The notes below the pieces were generated by a model. The model did no database searches, was not told the DNA's origin, and saw only the letters and a program-made list of their open reading frames with translations. 64,000 nucleotides of DNA, from IMG/VR virus record IMGVR_UViG_3300013125_000002; one strand, 5' to 3'. The stretch comes from a virus. How positions within the stretch are numbered: the stretch's first letter is position 1; each line of letters opens with the position of its first letter. The position numbers were made by a program, and so were the translations under genes. This document shows, piece by piece, positions 1 to 9,581 of the stretch.

Positions 1-905
1 TGTTCGATCTCACCAAATCCATAACCCTGGATGTAGATGTCCGTGCGCGGATTCCGAATGCCGAAAGTTAGCTCGTCCAGGCTGTAGACATTCTCGATCT
101 GCCCATTGATGATCTGAACGTACTGGACATCCTTGTCGGTCAGAGGATCTCTCGACCCATACTGCTGTCCAGCGTAGAGACCAGCAAATCGCCCAGTCAG
201 TGGTGCCACAGGATTGCGAACGTGATAGCTGAACCCCACACCAGCATCACGGTCTGTTGAGGCCAGTCGGATGGTCGAGGCATCAACCGCCAGAAACTCA
301 AACGGGATGCCGTTATTTCTAGGGACTACCTCGAACGTCACTTGATCATAGTAGAGAGTATCTCTAACGATCTTCTTGAGAAACGCTTCGAAGTCGTCTC
401 GAGGACCACGACTGTACGGGTTCTGGCGGCCAGGCTCACCACAATCGAGGACAAATGCCTCCAACTGCTTGATGAACTGACGCTCAGCTTCTGTCGTCAT
501 GTGCTCAGGGTCTTTGTGCTTGATGATGAACCCAAGAGACTTGGTAGTCCGATAGGGCTGAGAGAACGAAGCAACCTGAGCAATTCGCGTATTGACGATT
601 GCGGCAACGATGGAGAGCTGGTTTGCCACCCGCTTCAGCACATCATAAGTCAACGAGTAGCGACGATCCTTGTACCCCATTGCATACTGAAGAGACAAAG
701 GATCGAAGAACGCTGACTTGGGGCCACGTTGAGGCTTGCCAGGTGCTACTGCTAGTGCCTTCTGCATAGCTCTAGGATCACCCTTAGCTATGGCCGGAAT
801 ATGGGCCGTCAGCTCCTTGAGCCTCTGCACCTCTTCGTAGATCGCATCTGGTGACATCGAGATCGACTTCTGGATGTCAGTGTAGTCCACTGCAGGAGCT
901 GCCAC
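1..905 (-). CDS. Phage portal protein (5' part; runs off window start)
   Basis: Manual translation from GTG 905: ...LSIVAAIVNTRIAQV...FEAFLKKIVRDTLYYDQVTFEVV...FLAVDASTIR...QYVQIINGQIENVYSLDELTFGIRNPRTDIYIQGYGFGEIE, typical of large-myovirus portals. Not in ORF track because it is truncated. Confidence 0.88.
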   Translation of the reverse strand, partial: MAAPAVDYTDIQKSISMSPDAIYEEVQRLKELTAHIPAIAKGDPRAMQKALAVAPGKPQRGPKSAFFDPLSLQYAMGYKDRRYSLTYDVLKRVANQLSIVAAIVNTRIAQVASFSQPYRTTKSLGFIIKHKDPEHMTTEAERQFIKQLEAFVLDCGEPGRQNPYSRGPRDDFEAFLKKIVRDTLYYDQVTFEVVPRNNGIPFEFLAVDASTIRLASTDRDAGVGFSYHVRNPVAPLTGRFAGLYAGQQYGSRDPLTDKDVQYVQIINGQIENVYSLDELTFGIRNPRTDIYIQGYGFGEIE

Positions 906-908
906 GTG

Positions 909-2000
909 CTACCTCCGATTCAAACTGAAGAGAGACTTGCGGATCGTCCCCTGCAGCCAACGATTGAACTCAGCTCTCATCCAAGGAGTGATCTGGACCT
1001 GGCCTGTTTCAACTTCCTCAGGTGAATAACCTTGTGTGAGAAGCCACTCCTTCTCACGCGGAGGAATCAAAGGCCCTTGTGCGAATCTAGGAGCCCCAGA
1101 GAAGCTCTTGATAGCATCCTGAGTCGGGTTCTTAGGCCCAGCGGAAGCTTGCTCTTCCTCGTGTTCAGAGGGTGTTCCTGCCGCCTGAAATGGGGTCTGT
1201 GGATTTGCCCAAACCTTCTGGACTGGACTCTGCTCGTCGCTATCGTCTTGACCACCGCCATCGCTCTGAGCAGAGTCCTGGGGCTCATCTTTGACACCTG
1301 GGACCGTCCCATGCCAATCCCGACCTTGGTCTGGGAGGTCCGGTGTATCACCCCCCGTGATGCCCTGTGCCTGACGTTCAAAGCTGTTGTCGTACTGTCG
1401 TTTGGCCTGTTCTGCAGAGGGGAACGTCGAACGGCCAGCCGACTCAACAGCTGCCCCAGCCTTGATCAAAGACGAATCGTCGAGCAATCGCCATAGATCA
1501 TCCACATGGTGCTGCTCGTCTTCGATATTTGACTCAATGATCTGGCGAGTTCCTTCGTTCTCCCCACACAAGACAAGCACTTCACGGTAAAGCTGAATGC
1601 CCTTCTGCTCTCGGTAGAGAAGTTCTTTCAGAATCTCTTCAGTGTCATGAAGTGTTACTGGACTTTCGATCTCTGTAGATGGGGATGCACCGAGAGCAAC
1701 TACTCTTGAGGCAACACGCTCAGCATGCCTTAGTTCATCGTCTCCATGTGACTTGAACTCTTCTGCGAGCACATCACGGGAATGACCACGAAGAACCAAG
1801 GCATAATGATGGTACCGAAGCCATTGGCTGTATTCAGCACTGACGATTCGATTGAGCTGCTTGATCATCTCAGATAAAGCAGCTGGCTTGAATTGACCCT
1901 CAAGCCTACCGGTTGTGTCCGGTTCTGTCTTCTGCAATGCCTGAGCTGCCTCATCTGGGAACTGGACACTCTTACTCAAGTAGAGTCTCATCGTCATCAC
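909..2000 (-). CDS. Ferritin/bacterioferritin-like diiron domain protein with long acidic C-terminal extension
   Basis: LNRIVSAEY...Y...DELRHAERVASRVVALG...EQKGIQLYRE...IEDEQHH ferritin four-helix ExxH pattern. Confidence 0.8.
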   Translation of the reverse strand: MMTMRLYLSKSVQFPDEAAQALQKTEPDTTGRLEGQFKPAALSEMIKQLNRIVSAEYSQWLRYHHYALVLRGHSRDVLAEEFKSHGDDELRHAERVASRVVALGASPSTEIESPVTLHDTEEILKELLYREQKGIQLYREVLVLCGENEGTRQIIESNIEDEQHHVDDLWRLLDDSSLIKAGAAVESAGRSTFPSAEQAKRQYDNSFERQAQGITGGDTPDLPDQGRDWHGTVPGVKDEPQDSAQSDGGGQDDSDEQSPVQKVWANPQTPFQAAGTPSEHEEEQASAGPKNPTQDAIKSFSGAPRFAQGPLIPPREKEWLLTQGYSPEEVETGQVQITPWMRAEFNRWLQGTIRKSLFSLNRR

Positions 2001-3079
2001 CTTCTGATCCCAGGACGGACCATCGCTGATGCGATGCTGACTGCTTCGAGTGATTTCTGTGTTACAACACCACCGCCCTCACCAAGCTGACGATTGACGA
2101 TCTGCTGTCTCTGGATCTGTCCCTCTCGACCCGACCTGGCGCCCTCGACATGTGAAGCTGTGTGGCGGTTAAGAAGTCCGTGAGCAGCTCCTACTGCTCT
2201 GCCCGCCACCATGTTGAGAGCGGTCGTACCCCCGCCAGGAGTGTTGGCACTTGACCCCAACACATGCCCTGTGTTGTAGGCACCTAGAACATTGATGCCT
2301 CTGCGGGTGCCACTACTTCTGTCAGGTGCTGCGGGAGACAACTCCGGAGTCTTCTTGGTTGGTTTTGATCCTCCATCATCAGAACCACCAGAAGGCTTTG
2401 ATGCACCCGTTGATTCGTGGCCTGGAACCTTTGGAGCAACCATGGCAGTGGGGGTGGCCAAAGCTGCTTGGGGTTTGGATGCTTGTCTTGAAGCTTGGGC
2501 ATAACCCTGTCTGGCTCTGAAAGCATCCGCCTGCTGCTTGAACTGAACTCGACGCTCATCAAGCTTCATTAGCGCCGGAGTCTGTTGGGTCTGTTCTTTA
2601 CTACGAACTGACGAAGTTGAGGTTACAGGAGTGATCTTTGAGGGCTCTTCTGGCTTCTTGAGTTCAACTCGACCTCGAAACCCCGATGGCATCTCTGGAG
2701 TTTGCTGAGACGAAACATGCTGACCAGTTGGGCTTACTAAAGCATGTTCCGGTGAGACGACCTTTGGGGGTGTCTGGCTGGGTTTCATCTCATGAACTGA
2801 TTGTCCAGAAGGTGTGACAAGACTGCGAGCTGGTGAGACGACCTTATTCTTGGGCTGAGTCACATGACCAGCGGCACTTACCAACGGCCCTGTTGGCTTC
2901 TTTGGTTCGTTGGGACTAGAAATCAGTCCTGCCTTGATCAGAACAGCCTTCAGAAGTCCGTCGAAGTAAGACCAGGCAGGCTTCTTCTCTTGAGGATGTT
3001 TGGCTCGCTCCGACTGAAGAGACTTCTCGAGTCTCCCATCAGCTGCCGGCAATGCAATGTAGAGCACCGGGAGACTCAT
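1997..3079 (-). CDS. Low-complexity Ser/Pro-rich hypothetical protein, probable virion/head protein
   Basis: 360-aa ORF coupled to the downstream gene in the head module; repeated (L/V)VSP motifs. Confidence 0.55.
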   Translation of the reverse strand: MSLPVLYIALPAADGRLEKSLQSERAKHPQEKKPAWSYFDGLLKAVLIKAGLISSPNEPKKPTGPLVSAAGHVTQPKNKVVSPARSLVTPSGQSVHEMKPSQTPPKVVSPEHALVSPTGQHVSSQQTPEMPSGFRGRVELKKPEEPSKITPVTSTSSVRSKEQTQQTPALMKLDERRVQFKQQADAFRARQGYAQASRQASKPQAALATPTAMVAPKVPGHESTGASKPSGGSDDGGSKPTKKTPELSPAAPDRSSGTRRGINVLGAYNTGHVLGSSANTPGGGTTALNMVAGRAVGAAHGLLNRHTASHVEGARSGREGQIQRQQIVNRQLGEGGGVVTQKSLEAVSIASAMVRPGIRR

Positions 3080-3088
3080 GAACTTCTC

Positions 3089-3790
3089 CTAGTCTTCAGC
3101 GAAGCCGCCTGCCCCTACAGGCTTGGGGTTGATCCCCGTGACTTGCTGACCTGCTAAGGGAGCCCGTTTCTGTGCAGCAACCCGCCGAACTTTGACCTCT
3201 TCCTTGGCGGAGCTGAGAGCAGTAGCTTGAGCAACCGCTTTCGAAACAGGTCGGCGAGTGACAGAAGGTGCAGCAGGAGCAGGGGCCACAGCCTGTTGAA
3301 TGGTGTTGGTGTGCCCCAACGAGAGCTTCTCGATCTTCGAGAAGTAGTCAGGTCCTTGACAGATGATCAGCTCTGTGTCTTCTGTCCCTGACGAAGCCAG
3401 CTCGTAGACCGCTCCTCGTGGGAGGACGACACTCTGGTGAACTCCTACCTCCTCAGGTGTCTTTCCATCAACAGCAACGAAAAGTCGTCCCGAAAGGACC
3501 CTGACCACACGGTCTTGATCCTTGTTGGTGATCTTTCCAGTGTTGTTTTTGGCACAGAGGTAGTAGTAGAGAACTTCGAAATCTGGACCCTCGAAGATGG
3601 TGATCTTCCACCCATTCTCCGTCGGTGTCCGTCGGGACATGTCAGCTAGCTGGACGGAGTGTGGACCCTGACGATTCATGATCTCACTATGTCTACGCCC
3701 AGCGCGAGGATCGATTTGCCGACGGGGTCTAGCTTGCTTGGCCGCCGCCCGCATGGGATTAAACGACATCATAGTCTCCTGTAGGTCCAT
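3089..3790 (-). CDS. Hypothetical protein with cupin-like beta-barrel domain
   Basis: DRVVRVLSGRLFVAVDG...SVVLPRGAVYEL resembles cupin motifs. Confidence 0.5.
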   Translation of the reverse strand: MDLQETMMSFNPMRAAAKQARPRRQIDPRAGRRHSEIMNRQGPHSVQLADMSRRTPTENGWKITIFEGPDFEVLYYYLCAKNNTGKITNKDQDRVVRVLSGRLFVAVDGKTPEEVGVHQSVVLPRGAVYELASSGTEDTELIICQGPDYFSKIEKLSLGHTNTIQQAVAPAPAAPSVTRRPVSKAVAQATALSSAKEEVKVRRVAAQKRAPLAGQQVTGINPKPVGAGGFAED

Positions 3791-3863
3791 CAGTCGATCA
3801 CAATCTGGTTCTAGGATTGCAGGGACCCTCTAACTTGTCAACGATGTTGAAGAATCGGAAGAA

Positions 3864-4700
3864 CTAGAGAGTTTCGGGGGCGAGCTTGGTCTCGATATAG
3901 GCGACGGGATCGAGACCTGCTTCACGGATGGCACGCTGACGACGTTCCTGGAGCTTATCGATACGTTTCATAGCAACGTGCTTACAGTGTCGAGCGGGGT
4001 GGGACTTGCGGATGAGGTCCTTCTCAGTAGCTTCCTGCTCTGCAAGATACTGCTGGATCTGTTCTCGCTTCTGGGTCAAGGGACCGTCAGCAAACTGCTG
4101 ACGCTCAAGCACCAAAGCTTGGCCTTTTTGCCGCAGCTTCTCGATATTCTCGCTGAGAACTGCGATCTCATCCTCGACCTGCTTCGACCGAACCACATAC
4201 TCCTGCTCAGTCTGAATCATCTGGTCCAGTGCAACGCGACTCTGCGCCAACGCCTCAGCCAATTCCGTCAGCTTCTGGTGATGAGGCAGACCAGCAATGT
4301 CAGCATCAGCCTTGGCGATGATGATCTTTTGGTCATCGATGTTGTCCTCGATCACCGTCAGTCGACCATCAAGCCATCTTTGGATGCGCTCCTGACTCTG
4401 GTCCGGTTGAGTATCCGAAGCTGGCTCCTTGCCTTCCTTAGCCAGCATCTCCGCCTTGACGATCTCTGCAGTCTTGGCTACCCACGCGCGATAGTTCTTT
4501 CGAGCACAGCTGCAGAGAAGCTCCTGCTTGACCGTGTTGTTGCCCTTGACAGTCACCGTCTGCTGGCCGACGACACCACGCCCGTTGCAGTCCTTGCACC
4601 CTGGTTTTGCCCAGTCCACTGGCTTCGAAGAGGGCTTCCTCTTCTCCACCTCAACCATGATGGGTTCCGGAATGTCGCCTTGTACTCTGATCTTTGCCAT
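3864..4700 (-). CDS. Hypothetical protein, N-terminal CxxCxGxG zinc finger plus coiled coil
   Basis: CKDCNGRG...LCSC; heptad-rich C-terminus; GGAGAGG RBS. Confidence 0.6.
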   Translation of the reverse strand: MAKIRVQGDIPEPIMVEVEKRKPSSKPVDWAKPGCKDCNGRGVVGQQTVTVKGNNTVKQELLCSCARKNYRAWVAKTAEIVKAEMLAKEGKEPASDTQPDQSQERIQRWLDGRLTVIEDNIDDQKIIIAKADADIAGLPHHQKLTELAEALAQSRVALDQMIQTEQEYVVRSKQVEDEIAVLSENIEKLRQKGQALVLERQQFADGPLTQKREQIQQYLAEQEATEKDLIRKSHPARHCKHVAMKRIDKLQERRQRAIREAGLDPVAYIETKLAPETL

Positions 4701-5004
4701 GGTTTCCTCTCCAGCAGTAGGTGTGTGCCAACAAGTGGCTAGTGGCTAGGTCTCCGAGACCTTAACTTCCGTAGTTGTCTGATCTCCAAGAATGAGGGCT
4801 GCTGTGCCTCTCTTTGGCGGGCAAGAGCACGCTGAGCTTCACGAGTTGCTGTCTCTTGAGCTTGAGAGCCTGAGCAAGTGCAGGGCTGCACTACTCCAGC
4901 TTCTTCGTAGTAGACAGCCCCGCAAAAGGTACACCTAAAGCTCAGCCCAGATGATGGATTTAATACTGACAACCGATCCCCTCGTGCCCAAAGATGGATC
5001 AGGG

Positions 5005-5030
5005 TAGGCTGGTTCTAGGTAGGTTGTCAA
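5005..5030 (-). promoter_or_regulatory. Sigma70-like promoter (TTGACA-N18-TACCCT) with CTGGTTCTAG element in spacer
   Basis: Perfect -35 upstream of 4739..4972. Confidence 0.4.
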
Positions 5031-5311
5031 GCCCGACTGAATGACTGACCGATGCCTTGACCTTCAAGGATTTCAGCAGCCCAGTGCCCAGGCCAATCAT
5101 GTCGATCTCGAATGAGCCCATTGGGGATCTTCTCGAACAACATGAGACTCGCCTCGATCTTGTCAGAGGGACTCGGTTCCTCTGTGTGAGCACAGCCAGC
5201 TGCAACGAAAGTCCCATCCCCAAGCTGCAGCAGGGCCACCTTCCCCTTACTGGCTTTCACTTTCCCTTCGGAGATCATCTGACACAGTGGACAATCTAGC
5301 ATGTGGATCAC
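5027..5311 (-). CDS. Hypothetical protein (N-terminal CxxC)
   Basis: Fits the minus-strand gene train. Confidence 0.5.
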   Translation of the reverse strand: MIHMLDCPLCQMISEGKVKASKGKVALLQLGDGTFVAAGCAHTEEPSPSDKIEASLMLFEKIPNGLIRDRHDWPGHWAAEILEGQGIGQSFSRA

Positions 5312-5536
5312 CTAGTTCATCTGAGCAGGAAGCTGAGGAATCTTGAAGCTCACCTTACCGTTGTCATCAAACCAACCATAAGCCAGAAGCTGTCCGTCTT
5401 TGGTCCTGACCTCACCAGCCACGTCAGTTGACGTAGCCTCGACCTTCGCAGCAGTACGAAAAACACACTTTGCAGCGAGGAACAAAGCTTGGTTTCGTGC
5501 ATGCACCTGAGTGCGGTCTACTACTTCGATCTTCAT
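5312..5536 (-). CDS. Hypothetical protein
   Basis: ATG with G-rich RBS, abuts neighbours. Confidence 0.5.
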   Translation of the reverse strand: MKIEVVDRTQVHARNQALFLAAKCVFRTAAKVEATSTDVAGEVRTKDGQLLAYGWFDDNGKVSFKIPQLPAQMN

Positions 5537-5545
5537 GGATACCCC

Positions 5546-5770
5546 CTACTCAGACTGAAGTCTCTGGCTAGACTGATGTCTGATCTCTTTATGGAAGTAC
5601 TTCCCTATCGATTCCGCCGAAAGGAGCAGCGGATAGTGGCACGCCAATCCTGGATAGAGATAAGCAGACCCATTCTTGAACTGGACGATCAGGTCATCAT
5701 CTCGGGTACCGATGGCCAGAATGTGTGACGACTCGACCTCAGACCACTCGTTCGCTTCGAATGGGTTCAT
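5546..5770 (-). CDS. KTSC domain protein
   Basis: VESSHILAIG...LIVQFKNGSAYLY...LLSAESIGKYFHKEIR matches KTSC consensus; likely start ATG 5770. Confidence 0.85.
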   Translation of the reverse strand: MNPFEANEWSEVESSHILAIGTRDDDLIVQFKNGSAYLYPGLACHYPLLLSAESIGKYFHKEIRHQSSQRLQSE

Positions 5771-5996
5771 TCCAGACTCGTTTATTGGTGCAGCTCTTAC
5801 AGAGCTTGGTGAGCTTCTCGCCATCCTTCTGCAGCCCGCAACCAACCTCGACCTCTTTACCACAATCCTCACAGAAGTGGCAATGACTTCTGATCTCAGA
5901 AGCTAGCTCCAGCAGTTCTGCCGAAAGCAAAGGAATGTGATTCTTGATTGCTTCTGAGATAGCTGTGATTTTCTGTGAGATTTCCAAAAGCTTCAT
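5739..5996 (-). CDS. Hypothetical zinc-finger protein
   Basis: CEDCG...LCKSC. Confidence 0.5.
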   Translation of the reverse strand: MKLLEISQKITAISEAIKNHIPLLSAELLELASEIRSHCHFCEDCGKEVEVGCGLQKDGEKLTKLCKSCTNKRVWNEPIRSERVV

Positions 5997-6010
5997 TGGT
6001 CACCATGAGA

Positions 6011-6430
6011 AACCACCAGAAACCAAGAATAGTTTCTGGTGGTTCATCTGGAATTTGGGAAAAGGAAGAGGAAAAATGAGGCATCATCGGCCATGGTGTG
6101 CCTCCCCGTCCATCACAGTTTGAGACCGCTAGGCGACTGGGCACGAGGGGGTGACGTGGGAGTCGCTGATTTCTCAAACTGTGATCTCAGAACCATCAAA
6201 CCATCCTCGGTTGCTGGGATGGTCATGATTCTGAGAGCCGAGAACCCCGCCAGATGATAGTTGCTACCATCCTGGGTTCTCGCCCCCGACACCCCACCAC
6301 GAGGGTGAGGATCGTGAGCAGTAGCGGCGGCTGGTACTGCCCCAGCAATCACTCGGTTATGAACCGAGCAGGTCTCTTTCTCCATCCCACCGCAACAGTT
6401 GTCACCAAAGATGATCTTCAATGACAACTC
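6011..6430 (-). ncRNA. Unclassified large structured ncRNA (~420 nt) ending in a terminator-like hairpin
   Basis: Intergenic; about nine helices including perfect 14-bp stem 6112-6125/6172-6185 and long-range pairing 6057-6070/6374-6388. Confidence 0.7.
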
Positions 6431-6459
6431 AAGCACCGTACTCCCCTCTACTCTGAGTG

Positions 6460-6747
6460 TCAACCATCTTTTTGTGAGAGTTGCCGACCGTGAGAGAGCC
6501 CTTCAAGATACCATAGGAAATCACGACGGGGGACTGTCCCCTGACACTTCTTGCACTGATACCGTCGGTCTCGAATGGGCTGGCCAGGGGCAAGAGGTAG
6601 AGGAACAAACTCATGGGGAGCTTGACAGCCACGGAGTCTCTTTCGATTCTCCTCAGCTTCCTTGAAGACTGCTTTGATCCCGTCGAGTGTATCCGACATG
6701 AGATTCCTCCCACTCACCAACCTACCCTCTGATCCCTCCTGTGGCAA
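6460..6747 (-). CDS. Hypothetical protein (CxxC)
   Basis: Gene train; YQCKKCQG. Confidence 0.5.
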   Translation of the reverse strand: MPQEGSEGRLVSGRNLMSDTLDGIKAVFKEAEENRKRLRGCQAPHEFVPLPLAPGQPIRDRRYQCKKCQGTVPRRDFLWYLEGLSHGRQLSQKDG

Positions 6748-6749
6748 CT

Positions 6750-6929
6750 CTACTCCTCGAGATCTCGAGCCTTCAGTGTACCCCGCCCCTCATCGGCTTT
6801 GCAGGTCTGCACCGCCTTGATCACCATCTCACCAACCTTCTTGTTGAGTGCCTCGACGAACTCTGCTGAAGTCCGCAGCTGGGCAACCTTGACCAGCTCC
6901 TTCACCTTGCTGACAACAACCAGAATCAT
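6750..6929 (-). CDS. Bacterial-type histone-fold protein (Bd0055/HBb-like), 59 aa
   Basis: MILVVVSKVKELVKVAQLRTSAEFVEALNKKVGEMVIKAVQTCKADEGRGTLKARDLEE; RxTxxxxD histone motif, AAGGAGAG RBS, own promoter; below ORF-track cutoff. Confidence 0.85.
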   Translation of the reverse strand: MILVVVSKVKELVKVAQLRTSAEFVEALNKKVGEMVIKAVQTCKADEGRGTLKARDLEE

Positions 6930-6957
6930 GGAACTCTCCTTTGTGGGCTCCTACTTT

Positions 6958-6989
6958 TATAATACGAATGAAGGGGCTTTCAGAGACAC
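6958..6989 (-). promoter_or_regulatory. Phage-specific bipartite promoter GTGTC-N16-TTCGTATTATA (copy 1)
   Basis: Same motif and spacing at 4 intergenic sites. Confidence 0.75.
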
Positions 6990-7059
6990 ATCGAGAGGCA
7001 CTTTTTACTGAAGCAACAGAGAGCGTGCGGTACCGCACGTTAAGGGGAGAGTTCTAGAA

Positions 7060-7767
7060 TCAGGCTGTACGTCGATGCAGGTCCAGGAAGAGGTCGGAAG
7101 GTTCGATGGACAGGATGCGTGCTGCCAGACCTTCCACAGCACTCCTACGCTGCTCTGGTGTGTCTCTATCGACATCCCAGGGCATATCAAGAATCGTGAC
7201 CCCCTGCTGACGCAGAACCGCCACCATGTGGTCAATCTCTCGGTCAAGCATCTTGAGGTACTCGAGGTCGATGCCCCTCTCACACTGCCGACCAGTCTGG
7301 TTCTCCATGCGCCTGCTGATACGACGATTGCAGGTTTCAGGATCAACAAGCACCCGCACGCAAACCGTTGGCAAAAGAACCGAAGCAGTCATGGCATGGT
7401 AGATCGACTGATAGGTTGCAAATTCTCGCTCTGACATGAGACCCATCGTCCGCTGTAGCCGTGCGAAGGCAGTGTCCCCGTAATAGCTGCGGTCCAGAAC
7501 AGCACAGCCCTTCATCTGCATCGCATGCCACTGAGCTAGCTGGTGCATCCGAAAGCGCAGACCAAGAAGATGAAGCTGCATGGTGAGAGACCAACGATTT
7601 GGGTCGCTGTAGTAGTCCGCGAGATAGGGGTTTGCTCCCGCCCTCTCATCAGGCTCTTTCAGAGTGAGGGTTGTCGGTCCTAAGGCAGCCCCTAGTTCAG
7701 CAGAGAGTGTTGACTTGCCCGCTCCGATCAAACCTTCTACAGCAATCACTGGCCGGCTGTCTCTCAT
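7060..7767 (-). CDS. Deoxynucleoside kinase (dNK family)
   Basis: IAVEGLIGAGKST P-loop, EP, LDRS, RISRR...R..E, YLKML. Confidence 0.9.
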   Translation of the reverse strand: MRDSRPVIAVEGLIGAGKSTLSAELGAALGPTTLTLKEPDERAGANPYLADYYSDPNRWSLTMQLHLLGLRFRMHQLAQWHAMQMKGCAVLDRSYYGDTAFARLQRTMGLMSEREFATYQSIYHAMTASVLLPTVCVRVLVDPETCNRRISRRMENQTGRQCERGIDLEYLKMLDREIDHMVAVLRQQGVTILDMPWDVDRDTPEQRRSAVEGLAARILSIEPSDLFLDLHRRTA

Positions 7768-8099
7768 GGTGATCTCCTATTCTGACTCATCCATTTGATC
7801 AGCCCACCGTGTTGCATTATCCACAGACCCATTCGGCAGGGCTGACTCCCTCCATGTGACTGGTACTCACCGCACGGTGTCTCACCCCATGGAGTGACCC
7901 AGACGGAACTCCCGTCTTTGATCTTGGAATCTTGCCCATGAACAGAACAGATCGCTTGCAGTCCATCAAAGGTCAGGAACTTACACTGCTGAGGCGGGGC
8001 TTCACCGTGGAGGGAGCCATCTGGCAACACTACTGCCAAATAGGTGCAACACCATCCACAGCGAAGACACTTCATTGTTCCTTCTTGAAAACCTTGCAA
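7764..8099 (-). CDS. YkgJ-like cysteine cluster protein
   Basis: CLRCGWCC...CKFL...CSVH...C. Confidence 0.6.
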   Translation of the reverse strand: MQGFQEGTMKCLRCGWCCTYLAVVLPDGSLHGEAPPQQCKFLTFDGLQAICSVHGQDSKIKDGSSVWVTPWGETPCGEYQSHGGSQPCRMGLWIMQHGGLIKWMSQNRRSP

Positions 8100-8537
8100 C
8101 GGAGAGCGAACGCCAACTCACCCTCATGAACACCGACCACCCTCACTACCGGAGTGCCAGGAAGTCTGATCTCGTATCCATCCTCATGAAGAACCTGGAC
8201 CAGAGCTTCAGCAATCTGCTGTGCCTGGGCTCGCTCTTCAGGTGTCACCGGAAGGGCCGGCTCTTTCTCTTCAGAATCACCAAGGGGCATAGCTTCCTCC
8301 TGCTAGGACAAATCCCAGCTGATGTGAATGGGAAGAACAGGGAGCACACAAATCCAAAGATCGAACTTCTGCAACTCAAGTCTAGTGAATGCACCAACCC
8401 ATAAGTCAGCTAGCTTCAGCTCCAAAGCTACCTGAAGACGACTAGTGATCTTCACACTACCCAGGGTGATCATCCACATTCCCCAGACGTGGGCTTCACC
8501 ATCCTCTACGGATTGGAAACGAAGTTCAAGAGGATTC

Positions 8538-8813
8538 TCAGAGGACCAGCTCGAGAAGACTCACACGTGGCCAATAGAGCTTGGGTCTGGCCTTGGAGCC
8601 AGGCAGAGCCGGGACCTGAACAAGATAGCTGTCATGATCTCGAGACAGGCTCCTCGGATCGACTGAATCCGAGTACTTCACCCGCTCGTCACTCGTGACA
8701 CCAGGCTTCTCATGAGCAGGAACAACCCGAACGACCGTTCCCACCTTGGTCTTCGTGCTCCCTGCGGCCTGGCTTTGCCATCCCACTCGATCTCCCACCT
8801 TGAAGGTCTTCAT
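8538..8813 (-). CDS. Hypothetical phage protein (SH3-like)
   Basis: FKVGDRVGW...YWPRVSLL. Confidence 0.55.
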   Translation of the reverse strand: MKTFKVGDRVGWQSQAAGSTKTKVGTVVRVVPAHEKPGVTSDERVKYSDSVDPRSLSRDHDSYLVQVPALPGSKARPKLYWPRVSLLELVL

Positions 8814-9106
8814 AGTCGTCTCTCCTCATCAATCTTCTTGTTCAAGATCCGCGCTGTTTGCCATCCAACTACACATTTCGGATCAACTGGCCGCGAATGA
8901 CGAGACCGCTTGGGCCATGCAGTGGTCCACAGATCAAGTACATCCTTCCGAAAGACTCGAGTCCGCCAAGACCACCGGCCTGGATTGGGGTACGGAATCC
9001 AAAAGGTCACATTGTAGGCGTACTCGTCTGCCCCAAGAACGATGGCCAAGTAGCCATCTCGGAACCATCTTCTGATCTTGAGAATCGAGTAGCGCGGATA
9101 GGTCAT
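8810..9106 (-). CDS. Hypothetical protein
   Basis: Downstream of promoter copy 2. Confidence 0.5.
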   Translation of the reverse strand: MTYPRYSILKIRRWFRDGYLAIVLGADEYAYNVTFWIPYPNPGRWSWRTRVFRKDVLDLWTTAWPKRSRHSRPVDPKCVVGWQTARILNKKIDEERRL

Positions 9107-9160
9107 CAGTTCAACTGAGACTCGGGTTTCCGTTCAAGGTTGTTCTCTGCCCCTACTATC

Positions 9161-9192
9161 TATAATACGAAGATGACCTATCCGTCGGACAC
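9161..9192 (-). promoter_or_regulatory. Phage-specific promoter GTGTC-N16-TTCGTATTATA (copy 2)
   Basis: Conserved motif and spacing. Confidence 0.75.
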
Positions 9193-9275
9193 CTTGCGCT
9201 TACGAATCCAACGGACAAGAGCAGAGATACCCAACAGGGTCAGCAGCACTTCAAATCCCCCACACAGACAAAGGA

Positions 9276-9581
9276 TCACTCTTCTGCCTCCTTAGCCCGA
9301 GCTGCATCTTCCCTACGGGCTTCAGTCCAATGAACCCGGGATGCAACTCGGACAGACTGCTCAGCAATATCTGCCAGTCTGATCAATGCATTGCCTCTCT
9401 CCCAAGCAGACATTGCTCGAAAGAAGTTGATCAAGCTTGCGTACTGTTCTGGGAGTCCGACAGTAGTCGAGAGAGGATCACAAAGATATGCAATCAGCCA
9501 GAGTGCTTTACTTCCATCATCTGCTGTGAGTCCCTCGAAGCTAGAAACCCACACCTCAACTTGAGTGCGATCATATCCCAT
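9276..9581 (-). CDS. Hypothetical protein
   Basis: ORF track, RBS-like GGGGTGA. Confidence 0.5.
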   Translation of the reverse strand: MGYDRTQVEVWVSSFEGLTADDGSKALWLIAYLCDPLSTTVGLPEQYASLINFFRAMSAWERGNALIRLADIAEQSVRVASRVHWTEARREDAARAKEAEE

